DNA from: Octopus sinensis
Lineage: Eukaryota
Direction: 5' to 3'
Length of the DNA: 64,000 bases
NCBI RefSeq assembly: GCF_006345805.1
Contig: NC_043005.1
Coordinates: forward strand, 42,656,001 to 42,720,000
Shown: piece by piece, positions 40,495-52,813 of the stretch
Position numbering within the stretch: the stretch's first letter is position 1
Layout of the letters: every line of letters starts with the position of its first letter
Position numbers and translations under genes: made by a program
The notes under the pieces: model-generated
Databases searched by the model: none
What the model was told of the DNA's origin: nothing
The model's input: the letters and a program-made list of their open reading frames with translations, nothing else

Positions 40495-41357
40495 TTATGT
40501 AACGTAAAAAAATTCACTTTACCGCACACCGAACTTTCAGAAATAGCAGCCAAAAATTTGGCTATTTCTTCAACTGCAAGTAAAAGTCTCCAGACAATGC
40601 ATACTCAGAAAATAACTCACATAGGTATAAGGGAGAAAACAATGAAAGATCACATCCATATAAGATACCCGAGAACAGCCTGTTTCTGGATTCGGGGGTT
40701 AAACGCCACTTTTCCTTCATCAGCTCAGAGATTTCTTCTGATTGGGATTGAAATACTAAGAACCAAACATACCCATCACGATATCTGTAACATCGGACAA
40801 ACTATGCTGGACACCCAGTACTAAGGAATCCAAAAATACAAATGAGATCTATATTCTCCCTGTCACCACGTGAGTCATAGAGTAGTGCATTTCTACAGAG
40901 GCAAAACCTGTAGTCAAATTCTTGGAGAGAAAGAAAGCATTATATTGTCATTAAAAAAAGGGTAGAATTAATTAATTGTTAATCAATTCGACCAAGCAGT
41001 ATTCGGTATGTAAAAGGACCATTTACGGTATTTTGAAGTATTTAATTTATAAAAATATGGTATAAAGTAAAATCTCTGAGCGATGAAGGAAAAGTGGCGT
41101 TTAACCACGAATCCAGAAACAGGCTGTTCTCGGGTTATTATATGAGATCTTTCATTGTTTTCCTTTATACCTATGTGAGTTATTTTCTGAGATGCATGTC
41201 TGGAGACTTTTATTGCAGTTGAAGAAAATAGCAAATTTTGGCTGCTATTTCTGAAAAGTTCGTATGGCGGTAAAGTGAATTTTTACTTTACCATATTTTT
41301 ATAATTAATACTTCCAATATACCGTAAATGGTCCTTTTTACATACCGAATACTGCTT
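40495..41357. repeat. Compound inverted duplication: B (about 40505-40735), A (40993-41070), B' (about 41070-41280), A' (41278-41357)
   Basis: B' is the reverse complement of B and A' of A; the differences are mostly single-base indels. Confidence 0.9.
40668..40729 (-). ncRNA. Type-I HHR-like motif (mirrored at 41075-41134 on +)
   Basis: UCUGAG-CUGAUGA-aGGA...UCCa-GAAA-CAG(G)CUG-UU-CUCGGG: stem I 6 bp including G-U pairs, stem III ACAG/CUGU. Confidence 0.55.
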
Positions 41358-41377
41358 ATATATATATATAATATATA

Positions 41378-41992
41378 CAGGGTTTGGACAAAATAATGGA
41401 GGAAACACCTAGATCATAGCATCATAGTTTTGAAATATCTATAAAACCGTCAAAGCTTCTTTATTTTATGTTTTTGGTTTATATTAGTGTTGCTTATTAT
41501 GTTTTCCTACAAATTGTTGTTTCTTTTCAGATATCATCAGAAAAAAGGTAATAAAATTCATTAAAATGACAAATCTATCAGAATTTCAAAGAGGTCAAAT
41601 TGTTGGTGCTAGCGTAACGAAAACAGCCAAAATGTTTGGTGTATCAAGAAGCATTGTCTTGAAAGTAATGACGGCCTTTGAGAAAGAGGGGAAAACCTTC
41701 TCGTCGAAGCAAAAGTCTGGAAGAAAACCAAAACTTTCAGATAGGGACCGTCAGACTCTCACGAGAATTGTTAGAAAGGATCGCAAAAGTACAGCTCTCA
41801 AAATTAGAGCAGAGCTTAATGACCATCCCGAGAACCTAGTTTCCACAAAATCTGTTTGCGGTTGCTGCACGAAACTGGATTTCACGGGAAGGCTGCAATC
41901 AGAAAACCTCTCCTTTCAAAAAGAATTGGTCCCCGGAGCTGCGGAAGAATGTTTTATCAAACGAGTCATCCTTAACCTTATTTCCGACCATG
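41378..41992 (+). mobile_element. Tc1-type transposon, 5' part (3'-truncated)
   Basis: TA|CAGGGTTTGGACAAAATAATGG start; ORF 41566 MTNLSEFQRGQIVG...SGRKPKLSDRDRQTLTRIVRK; remnant of the first catalytic D block (SNESSLTLFP) near 41960. Confidence 0.88.
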
Positions 41993-42024
41993 TTTCAAAA
42001 AAAAAAAAGGAGAAAGAGAGAGAT

Positions 42025-42093
<69 letters not shown>

Positions 42094-42604
42094 AGAGAGA
42101 GAGAGAGCGAGAGAGAGAGAGAAGGAGAGAAAAGAACGAAAGGAAAAAGGTAAGGAAACGTGCTATGCAATGAGAGAAGTAGATTTAATAGTTTAGCGAG
42201 GAGCTAGCGCTGCAGCGCGCTGTTTGAAGTAAGAGAAAGGAATTTGTCTACACGAAGTTGCCTTGTTGGATTGGAGCGATCAGTGACAAACGTCAGACGA
42301 TGTTTTTGGTATAATGTTTCACGAGTGCTTGCTGTTTGCTTGTAAACTAATTCAATACTAACCAAGTACCATCGAAAGTGTTACTCCTTGTTCGTGTTTT
42401 TCCATCGAATATGTTACTTCTTAGTTCGTGTTTTTCCCGTATTTTGTATTCGGTGTAATATTTGTACCACGTTGTTTCTGGGGTCTTAGTTTTGTAAAAT
42501 ACTTGTGCCAGTCAGTGTTAAGAATGTAAGGTAAAATTAACCTACCGTTTAGACTGAAATATGTATAGCTGTAGGATATTTTGAAGAGTAGTATTACCTA
42601 CTCA

Positions 42605-43012
42605 AAGGCGGCGAGCTGGCAGTAACGTTAGCACGCCGGGCGAAATGCGTAGCCGTATTTCGTCTGCCGTTACGTTCTGAGTTCAAATTCTGCCGAGGTC
42701 GACTTTGCCTTTCATCCTTTCGGGGGTCGATTAAATAAGTACCAGTTACGCACTGGGGTCGATGTAATCGACTTAATCCGTTTGTCTGTCCTTGTTTGTC
42801 CCCTGTGTGTTTAGCCTCCTGTGGGTTGTAAAGAAATAGGTATTTCACCTGCCGCTACATTCTGAGTTCAAATTCCGCCGAGGTCGACTTTGCCTTTCAT
42901 CCTTTCGGGGTCGATTAAATAAGTACCAGTTACGCACTGGGGTAGATATAATCGACCTAATCCGTTTGTCTGTCCTCTCTGTGTTTAGCCCCTTGTGGGT
43001 AGTAAAGAAATA
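42605..43012 (+). mobile_element. SINE family 3 dimer
   Basis: Junction AAAGAAATAG|GTATTTC at about 42839; single TSD AGTATTAC(C/T)TACTCA at 42590-42604 and 43013-43027. Confidence 0.92.
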
Positions 43013-43346
43013 AGTATTACTTACTCATTTCAAAAGTCAAATAATCTCTGAACGCATTTCTTCAAAATTTAACCTGTTGTCTTTTTTTTTTTTGAATACG
43101 ATAAAATTGTCGTTGGTCAGATTATTATGAAGTCTCCCGTTGGTTGTAATTTTTATTGTTACTCCTGTTGTTGTTAGTTCCTTGTCATTTGATTTAGTAA
43201 ACAGTAATGAAATGGCTTTCCTGCCACGTCACTCCCTATTGCTTTTCAGAAGAATTTCATTTAGCCTTGTTTCACTCAATATGGATTTGCCTTTTATTTA
43301 GATCAGTAGTTCTCAATTGGTGACCATAATACCCTTTGGGGTCCAT

Positions 43347-43735
43347 AGTGGCTGTGTGGTATGTAGCTTGTTTCCCAACCACATGGTTCCGGGTTCAGTC
43401 CCACTGCGTGGCACATTGAGCAAGTGTCTTCTACTATAGCCTCGGCCAACCAAAGCCTTGTGAGTGGATTTGGTAGACGGAAACTGAAAGAGGCCTGTCG
43501 TATATATGCATATGTATATATATGTATGTGTGTGTTTGTGTGTCTGTATTTGTCCCCCCCAACATCGCTTGACAACCGTTGCTGGTGTGTTTACGCCTCC
43601 GTAACTTAGCGGTTCGACAAAAGAGACCGATAGAATAAGTACTAGGCTTACAAAGAATGAGTCCTGGGGTAGATTTGCTCGACTAAAGGCGGTGCTCCAG
43701 CATGGCCGCAGTCAAATTAAAAGAGTAAAAGAGTA
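43347..43735 (+). mobile_element. SINE family 1, full length
   Basis: Collinear with 20394-20800. Confidence 0.9.
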
Positions 43736-43810
43736 ATTAAAATTTGTGTAACAAATTTGTTACAATTCTACAATACACAAAATATTTTTACCGTTGTTTT
43801 AAGTATGTGT

Positions 43811-44079
43811 GGAGGCGGCGCGTGGCTTAGTGGTTAGGGTGTCAGCAGCATGATCGTAAGATTGTGGTTTCGAATCCTGGACCGGGGGACACGTTGTGTT
43901 CTTGAGCAAAACACTTCATTTCACGTTGCTCCAGTCCACTCAGCTGGCAAAAATGAGTAACGCTGCGGTGGACTGGCCTCCCATCCAGCTTCGGAATACA
44001 TACGCCATAGAAACCGGGAAACCAGGCCCATGAGCCTGGCTAGGTTTTAAAAGGGCGCATTCATTATTTATTTATTTTT
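43811..44079 (+). mobile_element. tRNA-derived SINE (head H2 + tail T2)
   Basis: Collinear with 22162-22426. Confidence 0.9.
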
Positions 44080-44090
44080 TATGTATGTAT

Positions 44091-45207
44091 TCTGATGCGT
44101 ATAGGTATATATCTAAATATGCTCATATATACTTAAATGCTAAATTTCTAGAAAGTTTTACAGTTCCAGTGATGGCTCGAATCTGTAGTCTTGAAATCAG
44201 CTTTCTCCTTTCTGGTTTGAGAAGCCTAATTTCTCAAGATTGGTACAGAGTGGTGCGGAGAGGACGGATGTTTGTGAAATGATTATTACTCAGCCCCAGA
44301 GGAGGGACATATGTCCGACAGGTACCATTCAGTCTGTGGTGTCTTAACATTTTGTTTTCAGTTCAGATGAAGCCATGGCGCTGTGGACGATAGAGCATCG
44401 CGTGTTTGCCTGCAACAGTTATGTGAAGAATAACGAGTTTGTCACAACAGTTCAGTGAGTTTGGCGCCACTTCAACATTCACCGAAATCAGGTGTTTTTA
44501 TCCCTATAACACAATCTTACGTTGGGTGAATGCACTTTGTACACGAGGTACACTAATGAATAGGAGACCGGTGGGGGCAAGAGTGGAAGCCTTCAGAAAT
44601 GCATCAATGAAAACCTTCAGAAATACACCAATGAAAACGGACACCACATAATGGATATTGTTTTCCACACTTGATTTTGACAAATGCTAATTTAATACGA
44701 ACACATTGATGTCAATAAAATTTGTTTGCATCTAAAATTAACGATTTTTGTGAATTTTTCAAAAACGTCTGTCCTCTCTGTTCCACCCTGTACTTAGGTA
44801 GTGTGCTACATATCCCAGTGCGCCAACAAGTACAATATAAATCTGAAGTAGTAATCTGGATAGAATAATTATAGATTTCTCAATAATTCAGTATAGATAT
44901 TCTTTCTTTCGCTGATCTTAACATCCGCCGCGCAGCTGATTTCTGCAATTTTACAGTTCCTCTTCTCTGTCCCAAATCATTATAAATTCTATAATGCATA
45001 CATTTTATTAAGGTTTTCACTGGGATATTCCGCCAGTACACCTTTTTGTTATGAGTCGCTATGACTTCTTATTTCTTTGTTCTCGGGGTCATCCTTCCGA
45101 CGGATCTCATTATATAGTGTCCTAACTACAACATTACGTCTCATCGGTAGATAATACCGTGATGACATTTTCGGACGACTGTTTATGATGTGGATGATAT
45201 CTTCAGT
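44091..45207 (-). mobile_element. R4/Dong-clade LINE 3' fragment (zinc motif + restriction-like endonuclease), interrupted by a Tc1-like element
   Basis: EDIIHIINSRPKMSSRYYLPMRRNVV; IWDREE..CKIAEISCAADVKI; VGALGYVAHYLS|TNLEKLGF...RLQIRAITGTVK reads across the insertion site. Confidence 0.85.
44246..44790 (+). mobile_element. Internally deleted Tc1/mariner-superfamily element (DUF4817-like N-terminus)
   Basis: Imperfect TIRs CAGAGTGGTGCGGAGAGGACGGATGTTT / CAGGGTGGAACAGAGAGGACAGACGTTT, TA TSDs; MALWTIEHRVFACNSYVKNNE...RHFNIHRN...YNTILRWV. Confidence 0.9.
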
Positions 45208-45304
45208 GTATGTATGCATGTATGTATGTATGTATGTATGTATGTATGTATGTATGTATGTATGTATGTATGTATGCATGTATGTATGTATGTATGTATA
45301 TACA

Positions 45305-45583
45305 TCACGGGATCACGTGACCGACTAGGCTATCAGATGTTATTACGCAACGCTGGTCACACAATGTGTTTTTGCATTGTTTTGGCCTTCAAATGACGCC
45401 ACCCCGCTGGCTCGGTCAGCAGGCCAACATTCGCCCCTTATCGAAAGGGAATACTGGAGCAACATGAAATGAAATGTTTTGCTCAAGAACACAACGCGCT
45501 GCCCAATCAGGGAATCGAACCCACGATCTAGCAATCGTGAGTGCAACAGCCAAACCATTAGACCACGCGCCTTCACATACACA
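45305..45583 (-). mobile_element. tRNA-derived SINE (head H2 + fourth tail type T4)
   Basis: Head GGCGCGTGGTCTAATGG...GGTTCGATTCC...TTGTGTTCTTGAGCAAAACATTTCATTTCA; the 3' part is unlike T1-T3. Confidence 0.75.
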
Positions 45584-46004
45584 CATACACACACACGCAC
45601 ATACATACACACAGATACACATACATACACACACACACACACGCATGCACACACATATATTCGCTGAGTATACAGTGATTAATTATCCAGACGGATACCG
45701 TACGAACACTCAGTTATAATCCGAGATCACGCTAACCGCATTGAGTAGTAAGGACCACCTAGGATTACTTATGGTGAGCAATCCCACTGTAATTCATCCA
45801 ATATGTAAATCCCAAGTTTGCTTCACAGGGTTATGAATATTTTCAGGTATGTAAATCCATGACAATTACAATGAATACGGAGATTAGTATATTTGCAAAG
45901 AAAGCAAAAGTAGCTGGTAAGGACTGATTAGCTGAGTAATGGGCTGTTGTATGCTCGCTGACCTTTTCCCTAGAATAAGGGCTATTTTACTTCATCCTGT
46001 GTCA

Positions 46005-46272
46005 TCTACCACCTGTGTCATCTCTTGTGAAAGGTAGGAGAGTCCAGTTTGCTGGACATTGTTGTAGAGCTGAAAAAGAAGTAATTTCTACTCTTCTCCT
46101 CTGGAAGCCATCTACTCGCAATACCAGAGGGCGCAAACACTCCTACCCTGATGTAATCTCCAGGGACACAGGCATCCAGCAACAGGACCTCCGTAATGCT
46201 ATGATGGACCGTGAAGTCTGGCGTAACATAGTAAATTCCATTGTCTCGACCACGGTCGAACAATGATGATGA
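46005..46272 (+). mobile_element. RTE-clade LINE 3' end
   Basis: LPPVSSLVKGRRVQFAGHCCRAEKEVISTLLLWKP...MMDREVWRNIV*, followed by a TGATGATGA tail. Confidence 0.85.
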
Positions 46273-46914
46273 CTTCATCTATTTCTCCTCTCTTGTCCTC
46301 CACACTGAATTAACAGGAAATTAAACCGTGAAAGATTTATATATATATTTTAATAAAATATATTTACATCAATAAATATCGCTGATTCCTTCAAGAAAGA
46401 AAACTCTGAAAGTAAACACGTAAGCAATTTGTTTGTTTATATATCCAGATGTGTGAATGGTTGATGGTATTCATAACATATTTGGGTTAGATACCACATT
46501 GCCTTGAACTATTTATACAACGTTATGACATCCCCTCTTATGCTAATAACTGGGAAATAACTTTATTTGAATGGGGTTAGTCCTCAGAGGTTTGGAGATC
46601 TAACAACATCCTGTATAATGTTTCCTTAATACATATATCTACGTTATAAAACATAACACCTGCAACAACGAGTTGATATTTATTATTTTATAAATCAAGG
46701 TTGAAAAACGAATTAATAATTATCGTTGTTTTCCTGACAGTGTTTAATCATAATTTGATGTATGGTAGTTATTGCTTGATAATGAAGGAAAACAGAAACT
46801 CACTTTAAATTTCTTTGCGAAGTTTACCATTTAATTTCATTGAGATTCTGACATAGGCTTCATGGAATATAAATGGAGATTATGAAAGGATGCTGTTATA
46901 TGCAATGTTTTTAG

Positions 46915-46916
46915 AA

Positions 46917-46949
<33 letters not shown>

Positions 46950-47148
46950 TGTATGTATGTATGTATGTATGTATGTATGTATGTATATATGTATGTATGT
47001 ATGTATGTATGTACGTACGTACATATGTATGTATGTATGTATATATGTATGTATGTATGTACGTATGTATATATGTATATATGTATGTATGTATGCATGC
47101 ATGTGTGTGTATGTATGTATGTAGTATGTATGTATGTATGCATGTATG

Positions 47149-47190
<42 letters not shown>

Positions 47191-47230
47191 AATATGAATA
47201 TATGTGTGTGAGAGAGAGAGAGAGAGAGAA
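46915..47230. repeat. Compound (TATG)n/(TA)n/(TG)n/(GA)n microsatellite
   Basis: Direct reading; representative of dozens of such tracts in the window. Confidence 0.95.
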
Positions 47231-47747
47231 GGAGGCGGGGAGAAAAAGGGAAAGAATGTAAAGAGATTTAGAAGACAGTTCCCATAAGAAGGAATTGTAT
47301 ACCTTGGAGATCAGAGATATTTTCATGTGGATCGTCCAGTGATTTTGCATAAGCTTCGATACAGGCAGGTATGATCCTGTCGGTTTCCGAGACTAAACAG
47401 CAAGTAAGTAATGTTGCTATATATGGATAAATGCTTAAAAGTAAGGAACACAGTCGATTCTGTTTGTTTGTTTAAACTAAAGAGTATAAGGTTACCTTAG
47501 CTTAGATCACACGGTTATATGAATGACAAACCGTATGCACACTTCACATAAACATGTAAAAATATAACAAACAAATGCATTCATGTGGCTCTCTCACTCT
47601 CGTTTATATGTATATACTTGTATACACTCATATCTATACACACACATTGTCAGACACACGCATATATATACACATGCACTCAGTAAAACAACCCACTTCC
47701 GAAAGTTTAGATATTCTTTTAATTTCATTTTGTAATATTTATACTTC

Positions 47748-47960
47748 TAAAGCGGTGAACTGGTAGGGTAGCTAACATATCGAGCAAGATGCTAAGCGGC
47801 ATTTTTTCCGACTTTACGTTTTGAGTTCAAATGCCGTTGGAGTCGAATTTGCTATAAATCCTTTCAGGTTCAATAAAATAAGTACTAGTTGAACACTGGG
47901 GTCTATGTAATCGACTTACTCCTTCCCCCAAAATCACTAACCTTGGGCCAAAATCTGACA
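47748..47960 (+). mobile_element. SINE family 3, older subfamily (tail CCCCAAAATT...GCCAAAAT); further copies at about 49575-49755(-), 54690-54862(+), 60755-60900(-)
   Basis: Diverged match to the family 3 body; B box GAGTTCAAAT. Confidence 0.78.
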
Positions 47961-48230
47961 TCAATGTATATACGTCTAAACTGTTAGAACTGATGGTTTA
48001 TAAATAACCAAATTGAATTCCATGATTCATTTCTAGACCTTTACATTCTTCAAACATTATGAGTCCTCGTTTGTGTAATTCTTCCTCGGCTTTTGCAACT
48101 TCAGATTCTTGAATATACATTTGGTTTCCGCAACTTTCTTGGTTAAAATAATTGTTTTTTTTTTTTAATTAAACGAATTGAGCAGGAACATCATTATGTT
48201 TTCAGTATGAAATAAGTTGCTATTCTAAAG

Positions 48231-48506
48231 CAAGGTTTCTCAACCATTTTTCGCCTATGAACCTCTTTGATTCATATTTTACTCTACTGAACCCCCATAA
48301 CTATTTGAAGTTTCAAAAAATCCTAATATATTTTTATAATTAAATAATTTTAAAAATTGCTAAGATATTTTGTGTATCGTAGAAGTATAACCAGTTTATT
48401 GCATATAAACTTTAGTAACAACATTTTATATGAACCCCCAAAGGTCATACTTCCAAGGGTCATATGAACTCCCAAGGGTCATATGAACTCTGGTCGAAAA
48501 CCACTG
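48231..48506. mobile_element. hAT (Charlie-type) MITE
   Basis: TIRs CAAGGTTTCTCAACC / GGTCGAAAACCACTG; 8-bp TSD TTCTAAAG / TTCCAAAG. Confidence 0.8.
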
Positions 48507-50522
48507 TTCCAAAGGGAGCGGAGAGGAGATGGATTTTGTAAAATTCTGTTCATGCATAGAAGAATATTGAGCTTTATTTGATAGCCAGCTTATCTAGCAA
48601 GTGGGGCCTCATATCAATGAGGGGGGCCGGTCCGCATTGATGCCGTCGAGAGGTAGGCCCCGAAACGGCCCGCATTCTCTCCTGACGATCCCATACACTT
48701 GCTGGCTTCTGGCATGCGGAGTTTTTGACTGGTAGCACTTGCATGTGCAAGTTGTTTGCAAGACATTTTTCTGTGACGTTTTCGTTGCAGAGAATTAGTA
48801 TTCAAATAGCTTATTTCATGAAACAGCCCCATTTCCAATTTTCTGGAATCCTGTGTTTGATATGCTGTATTATAGTCAACCGCATACCAGGGTCACGGTA
48901 AAGATCCAAATCTGGCACAACAAGCAAATGTGAGTCATATTGCCGTCAATGGCTGTGACTGATGATGATGTGTAAAACAGCTTTCTTCCATCAATCTTCT
49001 TAGAACCAAGGTATTTTACTATTAAGATGGAAGGAATCTTGTGTGAAACAAATACAAGCGTTCCACAGATTTCAAAAAAACCAGCGCTTTGTCAATCGTC
49101 CCAGAGCCAGAAGGAGATTACCGCTGATACGAGAAAATTTGATAAGAAAAAGCGTTAGTTTGCAGAGAAGGTAACAATGTGTGGTTTTCTCTATATAATT
49201 CAAGAAATTAATTTTTGTTTGCAGATTTTCCTTTCTAAAAGAGAAATATTTTGAAAGGATGTCATACTAGAAATTCTGAATTCCTTCTTGAACTTTCTAA
49301 TGATGTGTCTCTTGCTTATAGCAAACGTCTTTTAGGGAAATAATAATAATAATAAAATACTTGTTACTCGTGGTTATAGAATTAATCTGAGAAAGAAATG
49401 TCAAACTGTTCCTACCCTCCGTACTCTTGAGGAAGCATATGGACAAGTGCTAACCACCTCCCTGGCCATATTACCAAGATTACAGTGAAATTCAAGTCCG
49501 GCAGAACAGACGGAAGTTTGTTAAATATTCCTTAAAGCTATGATGATGTTCACAATTCGTTGTTTCATTGTTATTTTACTACCAAGATCCAGGTCGATTA
49601 AATTGACTTCAGTGTTCGACTAGTACTTATTCAATCGATCCCAAAAGGATGAAAGACAAAGTGGACCTCGGTGGAACTTGAACTGGGAGCGTAAAGACGG
49701 ACAAAATACCGCTAAGCATTTTTCCAAGCGTGTTAAAGATTCTGCCAGCTGCTAAAGGAGTGGATTATGTAGTCAAAAATGTAAAAATAGTTTGTGATAG
49801 CCACGACTGGGAAGCCTTTGAACATAGATCTGCTCCATAGATCTGAAGTAGAGCTAAACGACAACAACAGATAGTTCAGTATCTGTCCTTTAGTGTAATA
49901 TAATATCAACGAGACTTGAACCTCGTATCTTTCTCAACCCCAGATTTAATTACCTCTCTTACATGATCGAAATTGGTTAAATTAACTTTAACTTTTTCGA
50001 TCCATAACAGATGTTAGAAATCATTTTATCAATCAGTCATTATATGTTTCTTTATTTGATAGATAGATATGTTTCTAGCCACATAGTCACAGCAACATAT
50101 ATATATATATATAGTAACTTAATATTAAATTGTTTATTAAGTCGTTCAGTTATATGCTCGGTCAATATTGCAGTCACAAATGGGCAGATTTGTCAGTGTT
50201 GTGCATTTTTCACAACATCTGTTCCCACTTCTGCATTTTAATCAAATTCTGCCGGCCGGGATTAACTTTGCCTTTTATTCTTTTTCCAGGTCATCGATAA
50301 AAATGTACTAATCCAAGATGGTGGATTGATGGAGTTGTAACAACATCGGATCAGATTTGTTACGATATTTGTGCCGACTCTTTGCGCTCCGATTTCAAAT
50401 CCCACCAGATTTAATGCACCGTCCAACCTAACTCAAGGATCGAATTTGAGAATTCCCTCCTTCCTCCCTTACATCAGCTTCAGACACTCTGAAAGGATTG
50501 TGGGTATTGCCGTTTCTTCTAT

Positions 50523-50727
50523 CTAAAAGATTTTTTGTTTTAAATTATGATAGCAATCTACGTCTGTTTGGGAATAGTTTTTGTTTTGTCTCAAGTCATG
50601 CACTAGAACAACGTTTGTACGATTATGTTCTTCCACATCTAAAACCACATTGCCCAATGTATACTTTGATTTTGCTGTTGCTATTTCTACAAGATGGGTT
50701 TGTGCATAAAGGCTTTCTTCATTTAGC
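50523..50727 (-). CDS. Candidate terminal exon of an unidentified gene
   Basis: Acceptor TTATTATTCATTTAG, then 68 codons (LNEESLYAQTHLVEIATAK...KQKIF*); no recognised family and no linked exon. Confidence 0.2.
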
Positions 50728-50791
50728 CTAAATGAATAATAATTACAGCAAGTCATTTAGGTCATAGTTATATAAGCTATATGGCTGAACT

Positions 50792-51093
50792 GTGAAGGCG
50801 CGTGGCTCAGTGGTTAGGATATTCAACCCACTATCATAAGGTCGTGAGTTCAATTCTCGGAGACTCGTTGTGTCCTTGATCATGACACGTTGCTCCAGTC
50901 CACTCAGCTGACAAAAAATGTGTAGTACCTGTATTTCGAAGAGACAGTCTTGTCACGCTGAATCCCCCCGAGAAATATGTTAAGGGTACACGTGTCTGTG
51001 GAGTGCTCAGCCACATGTACGTTAATTCCGCGAACAAGTTGTTCCGTTCATCGGATCAATTGAAACCCTCAACGTAGTAACCGACGAAGTGCC
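50792..51093 (+). mobile_element. tRNA-derived SINE (head H2 + tail T1), diverged
   Basis: A box TGGCTCAGTGG, B box GAGTTCAATTC; tail as in 27070 and 31210. Confidence 0.85.
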
Positions 51094-51268
51094 TGTAGTA
51101 TAGTATAGCTAAACTAAACCAAACTAAACTAAATTAAAACAAACACAAACATATATATCAGTCCTTTGTTTCGTTCTTGAGTTTGAATCCTACCAGCTTA
51201 TGTATTTGATTTATCCAGGTAGAATCAATAAATATATACTAGGTAATTCGACAATATTCCACTAACTC

Positions 51269-51853
51269 AAAGGCGGCGAGCTGGTAGAAACGTTAGCACA
51301 CCGGGCGAAATGCGTAGCCGTATTTCGTCTGCCGTTACGTTCTGAGTTCAAATTCCGCCGAGGTCGACTTTGCCTTTCATCCTATCGAGGTTGATAAATA
51401 AAGTACTAGTTACGCACTAGGGTCGATATAATCGACTTAATCCGTTTGTCTGTCCTTGTTGTCCTCTCTGTGTTTAGCCCCTTGTGGGTAGTAAAGAAAT
51501 AGGTATTTTGTCTGTCTTTACGTTCTAGGTTCAAATTCCGCCGAGGTCGACTTTGCCTTTCATCCGTTCGGGGTCGATTAAATAAGTACCAGTTACGCAC
51601 TGGGGTCGATATAATCTACTTAACTCGTTGGTCTGTCCTTGCTTGTCCTCTCTGTATTTGGCCCCTTGTGGGTAGTAAAGAAATAGGTATTTTGTTTGTC
51701 TTTACATTCTGGGTTCAAATTCTGCAGAGGTTGACTTTGCCTTTCATCCTTTCAGGGTCGATAAATTAAGTACCAGTTGTGTACTGGGGTCGATATAATC
51801 GACCGGCTCCTCCGCACAAAAAAATTTCGTGCCTTGTGCCTAGAGTAGAAAAG
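51269..51853 (+). mobile_element. SINE family 3 trimer
   Basis: Two AAAGAAATAG|GTATTTT junctions (about 51501 and 51687); single TSD AATATTCCACTAA at 51253-51265 and 51854-51866. Confidence 0.93.
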
Positions 51854-52507
51854 AATATTCCACTAATTCCACATCAAGAAAGACGTAAACTATTGAGACA
51901 TTTGTCAAAAGTGTTTGTACAAGTAATCATTTGAAACAGCCATTAACCAAGGTGTTAATGCTGTTTCGCAGTTCTCTCTTACTGTAAACTATCTCAGCAC
52001 ACACAGTAGAGAACTTCGCATTAAAGAAATTGATATTAAAGTCACATAGAAAACTAATCAAGGTCAAAAGTAGACAAATCTAATAAATTAGTTTGAATGA
52101 GCTTGAAATATTTTCGGTAGAATAAAAGCTTTAGTCGAAGCAAGAAGAACTGAAAACCAAAATAGTTTCAGGCACATCGTGATCTTAGAACAACGACAAA
52201 ACACTGAAGTGTCAAACTTTGGATTACAATGAATCAAGCGTCTCTCAACCGACTGCTCCATTACCTCTAGCCAAGTCAAATACATATAATATAACACTAA
52301 GTAAGGCTATTCTAAGAGTAATCGGACGAGTTATATAGATTTTCCCAATTTGCATGAGTGAAAGCTGATGTTCTTCTTAACCTTCAGGCCAGAGGTTTCC
52401 CGCTGATCATAAATTTCAGTGTCATAGATACATATTCTAGTGACTACTTTTGTCGTTCTGTCTGTGGCCTATCATTGTTTCTCTGCCTCTGGCTTTCAAG
52501 AGACCTA

Positions 52508-52560
<53 letters not shown>

Positions 52561-52775
52561 GCTCTCCCTCAATCATTCCTCGTCCTCTCCAATTTCTAGC
52601 AGACTTTTTATCATTTTTATTATGTTGCTTTTTTATTGTCTCTTTATTCTTCTGCTATCACATTCATCACCTTATCTGATTCTTCATGAGGTTGACTATC
52701 TCTGTCTCGACTTTCACCCTATATTCATTGCTCCCACCTTTCCTTGTTCTCTCTCTGTTTCTCTTGTCCCATATT

Positions 52776-52813
<38 letters not shown>

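Noticed and set aside
42180-42530. Promoter or first exon (ATTGG box, AGCGCTGCAGCGC palindrome, GTAAGG donor)
   Set aside because: Short motifs only, with no transcript evidence or downstream gene.
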